From an uncultured Phycisphaerales bacterium (GTDB lineage: Bacteria; Planctomycetota; Phycisphaerae; Tepidisphaerales; Tepidisphaeraceae): a stretch of 64,000 bases of DNA. A program made the position numbers and the translations under genes. The stretch spans positions 4,480,001 through 4,544,000 of the forward strand of contig CAVWLP010000002.1 of assembly GCA_963755915.1 (NCBI GenBank). The letters run 5' to 3'. The notes under the pieces were generated by a model, which had not been told where the DNA came from, made no database searches, and saw only the letters and a program-made list of their open reading frames with translations. How positions within the stretch are numbered: the stretch's first letter is position 1; each line of letters opens with the position of its first letter. Positions 55,625-64,000 of the stretch are shown piece by piece.

Positions 55625-58600
55625 GGGTTTCTCCAGTAATTCTACGACTATTGATCAAAGCGTACATCGCAGGAACGAAAATGAGAGTCGCAAAAGTGGC
55701 GAAACAGAGGCCGCCGATGACGGCGCGGCCAAGGGGGGCGTTTTGCTCGCCCCCTTCGCCAAGGGCTAGGGACATAGGGAGCATGCCGAGCATCATGGCC
55801 AGGGCGGTCATCAGCACCGGGCGAAGGCGGGTAAATCCTGCGGCAACGGCGGCCTCGGCGGCGGTGTAGCCCTCGGCCATGCGCTCGTCGGCAAAGACGA
55901 CGACGAGGATGCTGTTGGCCGTGGCGAGGCCGATGCACATCAGGCCGCCCATCAGGCCGGGGACGCTGAGGTAAGTGTGCGTGAGGAAGAGTCCCCACAT
56001 CACACCTGAAAGCGCGAACGGGACGGCGAGGAGGACAATCAGGGGGCTGACCCAGCTTTGGAACTGGATGACCATGAGGAGAAAGACAAGGATGACGGCC
56101 AGGGCCATGCCGCCGAACAGGCCGTCGTAGCTGCGGGTCATCGTTTCGATCTGTCCGGCGAGAGTGACGGTCATGGGTTCGTTTGGCGGGGGCTGGTCAC
56201 TGGCGAGGACTTTCTGGATGTCTTTTGAGACGCCAAAGAGATCGCGCCCCTGGACGGAGGCATTGACGTCGAACACTGGGCGGACGTTGAGCTGACTGAT
56301 GAGGGCGGGGGTTTCGACGCGATCGACCTGGGCGATATTCATGAGAAGCTGCGCCTGGTCGGTCGCGCCGGCCGAGGGCGGAAGGGGCATGGTGCGAAGA
56401 TCCTGGAGAGAATTCAGAGTGTAGGTGGGTGTTTGCGCGACGAGCGGATAGCTGACGCCGTTTTTGGGATTTACCCAGAAATTGGGGCCGACCTGGATGC
56501 TGGAGGTGAGGGCGACAAGGAGGCTGCTTCCGGCTTGCTTTTGAGTCAGTCCAAGCTGCTGGGCGAGGGCGCGGTCGATGTTGAAGCGAAGGCCGGGGAC
56601 GTCGGGCATTTGATAGACGTGGCTGTCGACCACGCCGGGGACAAGGGCCAGGTCGGCGGCGATTTTTTTTGCCTGGGCGTAGGCCTTGTCGGGATCGGAG
56701 CCGACGACGCGGACGTCGATCGGGGCGGGCTGGCCGAAGTTCAGTACCTGGTTAACGATGTCGGCGGCCTGGAAGAAGAACTGGCAATCGGGAAATTGTT
56801 TGGGGAGCTCTCTGCGGAGGTCGGCGATGTGCTGGGCGGTGGGCGTGTGATTTTCATTCAGGGCGATGAGCATTTCGCCGTCCATGACTCCGACGGTGGA
56901 CGTGTCACCAACTGCCATGTTCAGGCCGCTGTAGGGAAGGCCGATGTTCGAGAGGATGGTTTTGACCTGGTCCTGGCCGACGATTTCGCGGACGGCTTTT
57001 TCGATGTGGGCGAAATATTGGGCGGTGATTTCGATCCGGCTTCCGGCCGGGGCGCGGATGTGAAGGCGCATCTGGCCGGCATCGACGGAGGGGAAAAAGT
57101 CGCGGCCGAGGATGGGAAACATTGCCAGGGAGACGATCATGAGGGAGACGAAAAAGGCAGCGGTGATCCAAGGGGCCCCCACCGCCCAGGCGACGACGTT
57201 GCGATAACGGTTTCGAAGGCCTTCGAAGCCGGAGTTAAATTTGCGGTAGATCCAGATGAAGGGATTTCGGCTCCGTGTGTCGCCCTCTGCGTGAGTCGAT
57301 GAACTGCGGGACATCAGGTAATCGAACATCACCGGCACGACCGTGAAGGAGATCGCGAAGCTGGCGAGCAGGGAGAGCAGAACCGCCAAGGAAAGTGGCG
57401 AGAAGAGATATTTCGCCACGCCGGTGAGAAGGAAGACGGGAACGAAGACGATGCAGATGGAGAGGGTGGCCAGGAGCGTGGGCATGGCGACTTCGTTGGC
57501 GCCGTTGACGATGGCATCGACGAGCGATCCCCCTTCGCCCCAGCGGCGTTCGATGTTTTCGATCACGACGGTGCCGTTATCGACGAGGATTCCGACGGCC
57601 AGGGCGAAACCGCCGAGGGTCATGGTGTTGAGCGATTCGCCAAGGCAGTACATGACGATCAGGGCGCAGAGGATGGAGGAGGGAATGGAGAGCATGACGA
57701 TGAGCGTCAGCCGCCAGTTGCCCAGGAACAACAGGATCATCAGGGCGGTGAGGCCGGCGGCGATGGTGCCTTCGCGGAGGACGCCTTCAAGGCTGGCGCG
57801 GACGAAGACGGATTGGTCGAAGAGTGGTTCGATGTTGACGCTTTTGGGGAGCTGTTTTTTGAGTTCGGGCAGGTAATCGCGCACGCCGGCGACGACCGCC
57901 AGCGTAGAAACGCCGCCAGTTTTGCGGATGGTGAGCAGCGCGCCGGGGGTGCCGTTTTCGGTTACTAGATTCGTCTGGGTCTGGTATCCGCTGTGGACGT
58001 GAGCGACATCGCGGAGGAAGACTTGCCGGCCGTCGACGAATTTGACGGGAAAATCGTTCATGCGGTCGATCGCTTCGGGGCTGTTGTTCATGGTGACGGG
58101 GTAATCGCGCGAGCCGAGCTTCACGTCGCCGGAGGGGAGGATGACGTTGTTGTCGAGCAGGACGTTGGTGATGTCGCCGGGGGAGATTCCGACGGCGTCC
58201 ATGGCCTGCTGGTTCATATCGACCATGATGACGCGCGGCTTTCCGCCGTAGGGCTGAGGAAGGGAGACGCCGGGCACGGCGGCGAGGTCGGGGCGGATGA
58301 GGTTTTGGCCGAAATCGTTCAGAGTGCTGTCCGGGAGGCTCTTGCTGCTGAGACTGAGCTGAAGAATTGGCACATCGGTCGCGCTGTAGCGGATAACCAT
58401 CGGCGGGGTAATGCCGGGGGGCATATATTTCAGGACGACCAGCGCGCTGCTGGCGACCTGGGCGACGGCCCGGCTGACGTCGGCGCCTTCGTGCAGATAA
58501 ACCTTGATCACGCCGACGCCCTGGTAGCTGTTGGCTTCGAGGTGATCGATGTCGTCGACGAGCGCGGGCATTTGGCGTTCGTGGAGGGTCAGCACGCGAT

Positions 58601-58775
58601 TTTGAATTTCGGTGGGGCTCATGCCGGCGTAGGTCCAGACCACGCTGACAACGGGGATGTTGATTTCCGGGAAGATGTCCGTGGGCATGCGCAGGGCGGC
58701 GCCGACTCCCAGCACCACTATCAGCACCAGAAGGGATGCGATCGTATATGGACGTTTCAGCAGCCAGGCAATCAT
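55614..58775 (-). CDS. RND efflux permease (AcrB/NolG-like)
   Basis: DIFPEI, GILVDN.TV.IENI, FFP..DAG, RLRPVLMT, PLGRAVIGG. Confidence 0.94.
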   Translation of the reverse strand: MIAWLLKRPYTIASLLVLIVVLGVGAALRMPTDIFPEINIPVVSVVWTYAGMSPTEIQNRVLTLHERQMPALVDDIDHLEANSYQGVGVIKVYLHEGADVSRAVAQVASSALVVLKYMPPGITPPMVIRYSATDVPILQLSLSSKSLPDSTLNDFGQNLIRPDLAAVPGVSLPQPYGGKPRVIMVDMNQQAMDAVGISPGDITNVLLDNNVILPSGDVKLGSRDYPVTMNNSPEAIDRMNDFPVKFVDGRQVFLRDVAHVHSGYQTQTNLVTENGTPGALLTIRKTGGVSTLAVVAGVRDYLPELKKQLPKSVNIEPLFDQSVFVRASLEGVLREGTIAAGLTALMILLFLGNWRLTLIVMLSIPSSILCALIVMYCLGESLNTMTLGGFALAVGILVDNGTVVIENIERRWGEGGSLVDAIVNGANEVAMPTLLATLSICIVFVPVFLLTGVAKYLFSPLSLAVLLSLLASFAISFTVVPVMFDYLMSRSSSTHAEGDTRSRNPFIWIYRKFNSGFEGLRNRYRNVVAWAVGAPWITAAFFVSLMIVSLAMFPILGRDFFPSVDAGQMRLHIRAPAGSRIEITAQYFAHIEKAVREIVGQDQVKTILSNIGLPYSGLNMAVGDTSTVGVMDGEMLIALNENHTPTAQHIADLRRELPKQFPDCQFFFQAADIVNQVLNFGQPAPIDVRVVGSDPDKAYAQAKKIAADLALVPGVVDSHVYQMPDVPGLRFNIDRALAQQLGLTQKQAGSSLLVALTSSIQVGPNFWVNPKNGVSYPLVAQTPTYTLNSLQDLRTMPLPPSAGATDQAQLLMNIAQVDRVETPALISQLNVRPVFDVNASVQGRDLFGVSKDIQKVLASDQPPPNEPMTVTLAGQIETMTRSYDGLFGGMALAVILVFLLMVIQFQSWVSPLIVLLAVPFALSGVMWGLFLTHTYLSVPGLMGGLMCIGLATANSILVVVFADERMAEGYTAAEAAVAAGFTRLRPVLMTALAMMLGMLPMSLALGEGGEQNAPLGRAVIGGLCFATFATLIFVPAMYALINSRRITGETHAH

Positions 58776-58885
58776 TCGTGGGTGAGCCTAATTAGACCGA
58801 CTCTAGAAGGGTCTTCGGATTGATACAACGGAGAATCCAGCCTCTTCACAGAATCGCAACAATTGCCCCATAAGACGTAGGATCG

Positions 58886-59572
58886 TCAGGTTTCGTCATA
58901 GCAGTAGCCGACGCTGCGAACAGTCTGGATAAACCCCGCGGCGGGGCCCAGAGCTTTGCGGATTCCGACGATGTGGGCATCGACCGTGCGCTCTGTGACG
59001 GATTCTTCGCCCCTGAGGGCTGCTTCGATGATTTCGTCGCGCGAGAAGGCACGGCCCTTGTGCGAAGCCAGCAGCTCCAGGATGCGGAATTCGGTGGCGG
59101 TGAGCGGGACTTTTTCGCCGCGATGGAGGACGCGATGGCCGACAAGGTCGATCGTAAGATCCCCCGATTGGATGACCGCCGGCTTAAGGGCATTCAGGTC
59201 GCTGCGGCGCAAAAGGGCTTTCACGCGGGCGACCAGTTCCTGCGCGACGAACGGCTTGATGAGATAATCATCGGCGCCCAGTTCCAGGCCCAGGATGCGG
59301 TCGGCAGCGCTGGCGCGGGCGGAGAGGACGAGTATGGGAAGTCGAGCGATGCGCGGCTCAGCGCGAAGAGATTTGCAGACTTCCAGGCCGTCGATGTCGG
59401 GCATGGTGAGGTCGAGGACCACCAGGTCCGGTCGATGCTCGCGGGCGATGCGCAGGCCGCTCGTGCCGTCGGAGGCGTAGATGACGTCGTACCCCTCGTG
59501 CTCAAGGGCGCGCATCACCAGGCGGGCCAATTCCTTTTCATCGTCGATAACGAGGATCGTCTGCGGAGGCAT
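58886..59572 (-). CDS. OmpR/PhoB-family response regulator
   Basis: Receiver domain (LDL..P, GADDY..KP) plus winged helix (LTATEF, RTVDAH, TVRSVGY). Confidence 0.93.
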   Translation of the reverse strand: MPPQTILVIDDEKELARLVMRALEHEGYDVIYASDGTSGLRIAREHRPDLVVLDLTMPDIDGLEVCKSLRAEPRIARLPILVLSARASAADRILGLELGADDYLIKPFVAQELVARVKALLRRSDLNALKPAVIQSGDLTIDLVGHRVLHRGEKVPLTATEFRILELLASHKGRAFSRDEIIEAALRGEESVTERTVDAHIVGIRKALGPAAGFIQTVRSVGYCYDET

Positions 59573-59583
59573 TCAGGGGAAAA

Positions 59584-60702
59584 TTATACCGGGCCGGCGG
59601 GAAGGGCAATTTGTTGAGGCGGTCGAGATGAACTGGCGATCGGCACCGGAACCGTTGGAAGCTCGACGATGAAGGTCGCTCCCTGGCCTTTGCCGGGGCT
59701 GCGGGCGGAGACGGTCCCATGATGGGCCTCGGTCAGGGCCTGGCAGATGGCCAGTCCCAGGCCCAGGCCGCCGAAGCGGGTTTGGATTTCGCGGCCGCCC
59801 TGCTCGAAGGCTTCGAAGATTTTCGCCAGGCGCTGGGGGTCGATGCCGATGCCGGTATCGGAAATTTCGACGGTGACGAAGCTGGGTTTGTCGTTTCGCA
59901 TCTTGACGGCAATCCGCCCGGCCTCGGGGGTAAATTTGACGGCATTGCGAATCAGATTCCAGAAGATTTGCTGAAGGCGAACGGGATCGCCCTTGACGTG
60001 CGATTCTGTCGAAGGCCGGTCGAAGACAAGCTCAAGCCCCTTATCGCGGATCGCGTCCTGGCAGACGGCAATCGCATCATTGAGCACTTGGCCGATCTCG
60101 ACGACTTCTTCGCGCAGATGCATCTTGCCGGTGCTGATGCGCGTGAGGTCGACCAGGTCGTCGATGAGCCGAATTTCCAGATCGACGTTTCGGCGGATGG
60201 AGCGAATGTCTTCCAAAACATTCGGCGGAAGGTTCGGAGTTTTCTCAAGCAGGTCGGCGATCATCAGGACAGGGCTGAGAGGCGTCCGCAGTTCGTGGCT
60301 CACCATCGCCAGAAACAGACTCTTGGCCTCGCTGGCGGCTTCGGCGGCTTCCTGGGCGCGTTTCGAAGCCTGGGTAGCGCGCTTCATGGCGTCCTGGAGT
60401 GAGCTGGCAAGAATTGAGACGACGCCGAAAATGATGAGCCGGAGAAAATGTTCGCTGACGGCGGAGAGGGTGATGGGATGGCCTTGAAGGAGCAAAAGAG
60501 CCGCTCCCGCGCTGGCAAGAAGCGTGGCGAGAAATCCCGGCCCCAGGCCGCCATACCAGGCGCTCAGGAGCACCGCGCCAAAGAACAGTGGTGCGATCCC
60601 TGGATCGAAGTATCCGCGCAGCAGCCAGGTCAACACCATTGCCGTGGTAGTGGAGATAACCGCCAGTCCGTAACGAAAGATTTTCTGGCGCATAGGCGGC
60701 AT
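59584..60702 (-). CDS. Sensor histidine kinase with DUF4118-type membrane domain
   Basis: AVLLSAWYGG.GPG, SHELRTPL, NL..NA.KFT, DTGIG, GLGLGL. Confidence 0.92.
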   Translation of the reverse strand: MPPMRQKIFRYGLAVISTTTAMVLTWLLRGYFDPGIAPLFFGAVLLSAWYGGLGPGFLATLLASAGAALLLLQGHPITLSAVSEHFLRLIIFGVVSILASSLQDAMKRATQASKRAQEAAEAASEAKSLFLAMVSHELRTPLSPVLMIADLLEKTPNLPPNVLEDIRSIRRNVDLEIRLIDDLVDLTRISTGKMHLREEVVEIGQVLNDAIAVCQDAIRDKGLELVFDRPSTESHVKGDPVRLQQIFWNLIRNAVKFTPEAGRIAVKMRNDKPSFVTVEISDTGIGIDPQRLAKIFEAFEQGGREIQTRFGGLGLGLAICQALTEAHHGTVSARSPGKGQGATFIVELPTVPVPIASSSRPPQQIALPAGPV

Positions 60703-60975
60703 GGTTCGGCTTGCTCCGATTGCTCGGATTATTCTAGCGCGGCCGAGGCTGTGCAACAAAGAACTGGGAGTGCCCGGGAACTGCCGTTGGGGTCGAGCTT
60801 TTCGACGCTTGCTCAGTCAATGGCCCTCAGAATTTTTGATTTTCCCCGCTCAGATTAACCCTGTTTTAAGGTACTCCAAAATATTCTCGCCGCAGATTTG
60901 GCCGGTTGTGTCGGTTGGCTGTGTGGCATCGGGCACGTCGGCTTCCCACCTGTTTGGCGGTAAAGGAGTCCAAAT

Positions 60976-62115
60976 ATGTTTGAGCGGAGCAACGCGAAGG
61001 ACGGAAAGAATTCTATTGTTCGAGCCGGCCGGGTCGTCGTGGAGGGGCTGGAGGATCGGCGGCTTCTCTCGGCGGCACATGGGTTTCCCATGATGGGATT
61101 TGGCGGCGGGCCGTTTGGGGGAGGGGCGTTTGGCGGGCCACCTCCGATTGGCGGAAGTACGATTCAGTTTGACCAGGCGCCCTCCGCAGTTCAGAGCGGG
61201 CTGGATTCGCTGGCGTCCACCGACGGACTTACAGCGCCGACGACGAGCCAGACGGTCTATCTCAGCAATAACAACGGCGTGGAGGGGTATTCCATTGATT
61301 TGAGCAGCAGCGGAAAGAACACCCGGCTGACCGTGGACGCAAACGGCGATGCCGTGACGGCGCCGACGCAGTCGACCACGACGTTCGGAGCGATCACCAA
61401 CACCGCGGTGACCAGCGAAATTAGCGCGATCGCGACGGCCCTGGATCTGACGACGCCCGCTTCCACGACCAATGTCTCCGTGCTCACCAACAGCAGCGGA
61501 AGTTCAACCTACACCGTGCACCTGAGCAGCAGCAGCAGTTCCTCGCCGTGGAGCGGGAGGACCATCACCGTCGATTCCAACGGAAATCCCGTCGGCAACG
61601 AGGTCCTGCCCTTCAGCGTGCTGCCGACGGCGATTCAGAATGGGCTCATCGCCAACGCGCCCAGCGGCACATCGCTTTCCAGCAGCTCGACGCAGAATGT
61701 TAATATCACCACGCAGGACGGCGTGACGCTCTACACCATGCAGTTCAACAGCACGGGAACGCGCACGAGCGTCACCGTGAATTCCAGCGGCGATCTGACG
61801 AGCCTGCCCAGTATCACGAGCACGACCTACGCCGACGTTCTCTCGACCGCCGCCACCGAGCTTCAGACGCTGGCGACGGCGGATGGGGTCAGCACGGCGA
61901 TCGCTTCGACGCAAAAAGTGCTCGAATTCAGCGAGTCGAACGGGACGACGGTTTATTCTTTGACTCTTCAGGATTCGACCAGCAAGCCGGTGACGATTTC
62001 GGTGGATGAGGATGGAAATCCAACGGTTCCACCGACCGATGGCAGCTTCGGGCCAATCTCCGTGCTGGGAGGATTCGGCTTCGGCGGATTTGCGTTTGGA
62101 GGCCCGGCGTTCTAG
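60976..62115 (+). CDS. Planctomycete LEPR-XLL (Planc_extracel) protein with four PepSY-like repeats
   Basis: AAGGAG RBS; VEGLEDRRLLS motif; repeats ending TVDANG/TVDSNG/TVNSSG/SVDEDG; Ser/Thr rich. Confidence 0.75.
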   Translation: MFERSNAKDGKNSIVRAGRVVVEGLEDRRLLSAAHGFPMMGFGGGPFGGGAFGGPPPIGGSTIQFDQAPSAVQSGLDSLASTDGLTAPTTSQTVYLSNNNGVEGYSIDLSSSGKNTRLTVDANGDAVTAPTQSTTTFGAITNTAVTSEISAIATALDLTTPASTTNVSVLTNSSGSSTYTVHLSSSSSSSPWSGRTITVDSNGNPVGNEVLPFSVLPTAIQNGLIANAPSGTSLSSSSTQNVNITTQDGVTLYTMQFNSTGTRTSVTVNSSGDLTSLPSITSTTYADVLSTAATELQTLATADGVSTAIASTQKVLEFSESNGTTVYSLTLQDSTSKPVTISVDEDGNPTVPPTDGSFGPISVLGGFGFGGFAFGGPAF

Positions 62116-62131
62116 GAGAAATAATCTCACG

Positions 62132-64000
62132 GTAGAGTAGAGAACTGAACGACCCGATTGCCGCTCAGCTCTCCCTCTTCGAACCGGACGAGCGGGTTTC
62201 CCGCATCCGGCTCTCACGGTATTGTTCTTCTCAAGCATTCACGGTCGGAACAGGTCGCAGGCTGATGAGGCCCAGACGCTGCAACTGTTCGTACCAGCTC
62301 CTCGCTCCGCGCACACGGAACGGACGCTGGCTGCGACGTTTAAGGTGTCGTTCCAGTCGCTCCTGCACAAATCGGTTGATCTGACGGAACGCCTTGCGCG
62401 GATAGCCTTTGCCGAAGTAGTTGGCCCATCCTCTCAGGTGCTCGTTGATCTGTACGATCAACGCCGGGATGGGCACAAAGCCTGCTTCGGGTCCGGTCAT
62501 CTCCCGCAATTTGTCCCGCTCACGCTGCATCGACTTGCTCGAAGGACAGAGGTTCAGATAACGCCCCGGCCCGCCTTGCAGGCTCCGGTCGTACCGGAAC
62601 CTGTACCCGAGAAAGTTCAGACTTTCGCCCGGCTCTTTCAACTTCACCGTGCGGGTCTTGTCGGTGTTGATCGTCAGATCAAACCGGCCTTGCAGCGTGC
62701 GTTCCACGAACTGCTTGATCTGAGGGCCTATATACCTTGCCATGATGACAAAGTCGTCGGCGTACCGGATCAGCCGGGCGTTCGCCCAGCGATGCGGGCC
62801 ATCGGATCGGTGGAACAATTTATCAAACCAGTGCAGATATAGGTTGGCCAGCAGCGGCGAGATCACTCCGCCCTGCGGCGTTCCCTGTTTGCTCCGGGTG
62901 ACTTTCGGTGGATCGCCGGGCTTCTCGCCTTCTTCGACGATCACCGCCTTCAGCCACATCCGGATCAGCTTCAGCACGCTTCCGTCCGTGATCCGCTTCT
63001 GGACACACGCCATCAGTTTCTCATGGGGAATCGTGTCGAAGTACGACTGCAAATCCGCGTCATACACTTCCCTTCGGCCCTGCTGGAGGTTTTGCTTGAT
63101 CGCCTCCAGCGCATCGTGAGCCGAGCGACCGGGACGGAATCCATACGAACAGTCCAGGAAATCCGCCTCGAAGATCGGCTCGATGAGCAGCAGCACCGCC
63201 ATCTGCACCACGCGATCTCGGATCGTGGGGATGCCCAATGGACGCCGCTTGCCGTTGGCTTTGGGAATGTACACGCGCTTCACCGGCTGCGGGCGGTAGG
63301 TGCGGGTCTTGAGCGATTCTTCGATCTCGCTCAGGAATCCACTGACGCCGTGCTCGGAGTTTTGCACCTTCTCGATGCTCACCCCGTCCAAGCCGGGCGC
63401 CCCGCCGTTGGCGGACACCCGGTCCCACGCCGCTTCCAGAACATCGCGCCGGCAGATCCGGTCGTACAAGGTGTAAAACCGAAACCCCGGTTCCCGCTTG
63501 GCTTTGAGGTATAGCTTCTGTCTCAGAAGAAAGACTTTCCCCGGCAGACCCCTGGAGTTCACCCTCAGGTGCTCCGGCAAGTCTGTCGGATCATCCGTAC
63601 TGTCAGGTTGTCCCTGCAAGCGGGCCTCTCTTCTTCTTACTTCCGCTCGATACCGTCAGGGCTCCTTGGCTCGCGGCAGGCTTCGCCTCCGCTCACGGGC
63701 ATTACCCCGCTTCTCAGCTACTATGAGCCCATCCGACTCCCCACGCTTCCCGTCCCTTGGTTATGTCTTTCCAACGAGCCGCACAACGATGCGTGGGGTC
63801 TCTCAGTTCCCGATCTTGTCTGTCGGCACGCGCCGTCCCCATCGACCCCGAGGAGCCGGACGATTGCTCGCACCCGCTGCTTCATCGTCCGCGCCGGCTT
63901 GGCCCTCTCTGACGGGTTGGCCACTCCCATTGGCGTAACGAGGCTGGTTTGGGTTCGCTTAACGCTACGGCTCGCGCCTTCGCCTTCCGGGGCTTCGCGC
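62132..64000 (-). mobile_element. Group II intron (non-IIC; class E/F-like assignment tentative), 5' end beyond the window
   Basis: Domain V GAGCCGGATGCGGGAAACCCGCTCGTCCGGTTC (62181-62213, AGC triad); domain VI ending CTACTCTAC at 62132; DI-DIII-like structured RNA upstream of the RT ORF. Confidence 0.95.
62231..63619 (-). CDS. ltrA: Group II intron reverse transcriptase/maturase, no C-terminal endonuclease
   Basis: RT0 (GAPGLDG), IPK.NG..RPLGIPT.RDR, SYGFRP, PQGG.ISPLLAN, RYADD, FLGY, X domain GWANYF; start codon uncertain. Confidence 0.95.
   Translation of the reverse strand: MQGQPDSTDDPTDLPEHLRVNSRGLPGKVFLLRQKLYLKAKREPGFRFYTLYDRICRRDVLEAAWDRVSANGGAPGLDGVSIEKVQNSEHGVSGFLSEIEESLKTRTYRPQPVKRVYIPKANGKRRPLGIPTIRDRVVQMAVLLLIEPIFEADFLDCSYGFRPGRSAHDALEAIKQNLQQGRREVYDADLQSYFDTIPHEKLMACVQKRITDGSVLKLIRMWLKAVIVEEGEKPGDPPKVTRSKQGTPQGGVISPLLANLYLHWFDKLFHRSDGPHRWANARLIRYADDFVIMARYIGPQIKQFVERTLQGRFDLTINTDKTRTVKLKEPGESLNFLGYRFRYDRSLQGGPGRYLNLCPSSKSMQRERDKLREMTGPEAGFVPIPALIVQINEHLRGWANYFGKGYPRKAFRQINRFVQERLERHLKRRSQRPFRVRGARSWYEQLQRLGLISLRPVPTVNA

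Noticed and set aside
62125-62221. 10-bp direct repeat TCTCACGGTA flanking intron DV-DVI, read as a target-site duplication
   Set aside because: The inner copy is explained by the domain IV basal stem (pairing with ACGGTA near 63651-63656) plus the start of DV. Group II introns make no TSD.
62231-63619. RT as a retron, DGR, CRISPR-associated or defence RT
   Set aside because: It has RT0, YADD and a maturase X domain with clear domains V/VI; no template/variable repeats, msr-msd, cas genes or effector were seen.

Overview
GC-rich chromosomal window, most likely from a Planctomycetota member (Phycisphaerae/Tepidisphaerales-like). This is inferred from a LEPR-XLL/Planc_extracel protein, a PEP-CTERM protein and a prepilin-type protein with an H-X9-DG-like motif. 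About 17 genes, including housekeeping ones (glmM, hisB, zwf, bioF), are broken by single-base indels, often in homopolymers, which points to long-read consensus errors rather than pseudogenes. Left to right the window holds: a membrane-fused SpeE-like protein, hisD, a double oligopeptide ABC operon, rlmN, an ECF sigma factor, bioF, HU/IHF, cysE, glmM, a divergent membrane PPase, hisB/hisC, an RgpF-like protein, a Kef antiporter, a pgm-zwf-gnd-ROK kinase cluster, higA with a higB relic, adh, tetR plus a CarF/TMEM189-like desaturase with matching operators, a GH78 rhamnosidase, a K+ channel, sensor kinases, degP, a class I aldolase, an RND efflux system with a two-component system, and a group II intron running off the right edge. 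Several palindromic repeat families occur, some of them translated inside genes. The main lead: the intron's 3' exon and its candidate EBS1/EBS2 elements match one of these host repeat families (CTCTG|CGTGAG), suggesting a group II intron that homes into REP-like palindromes.
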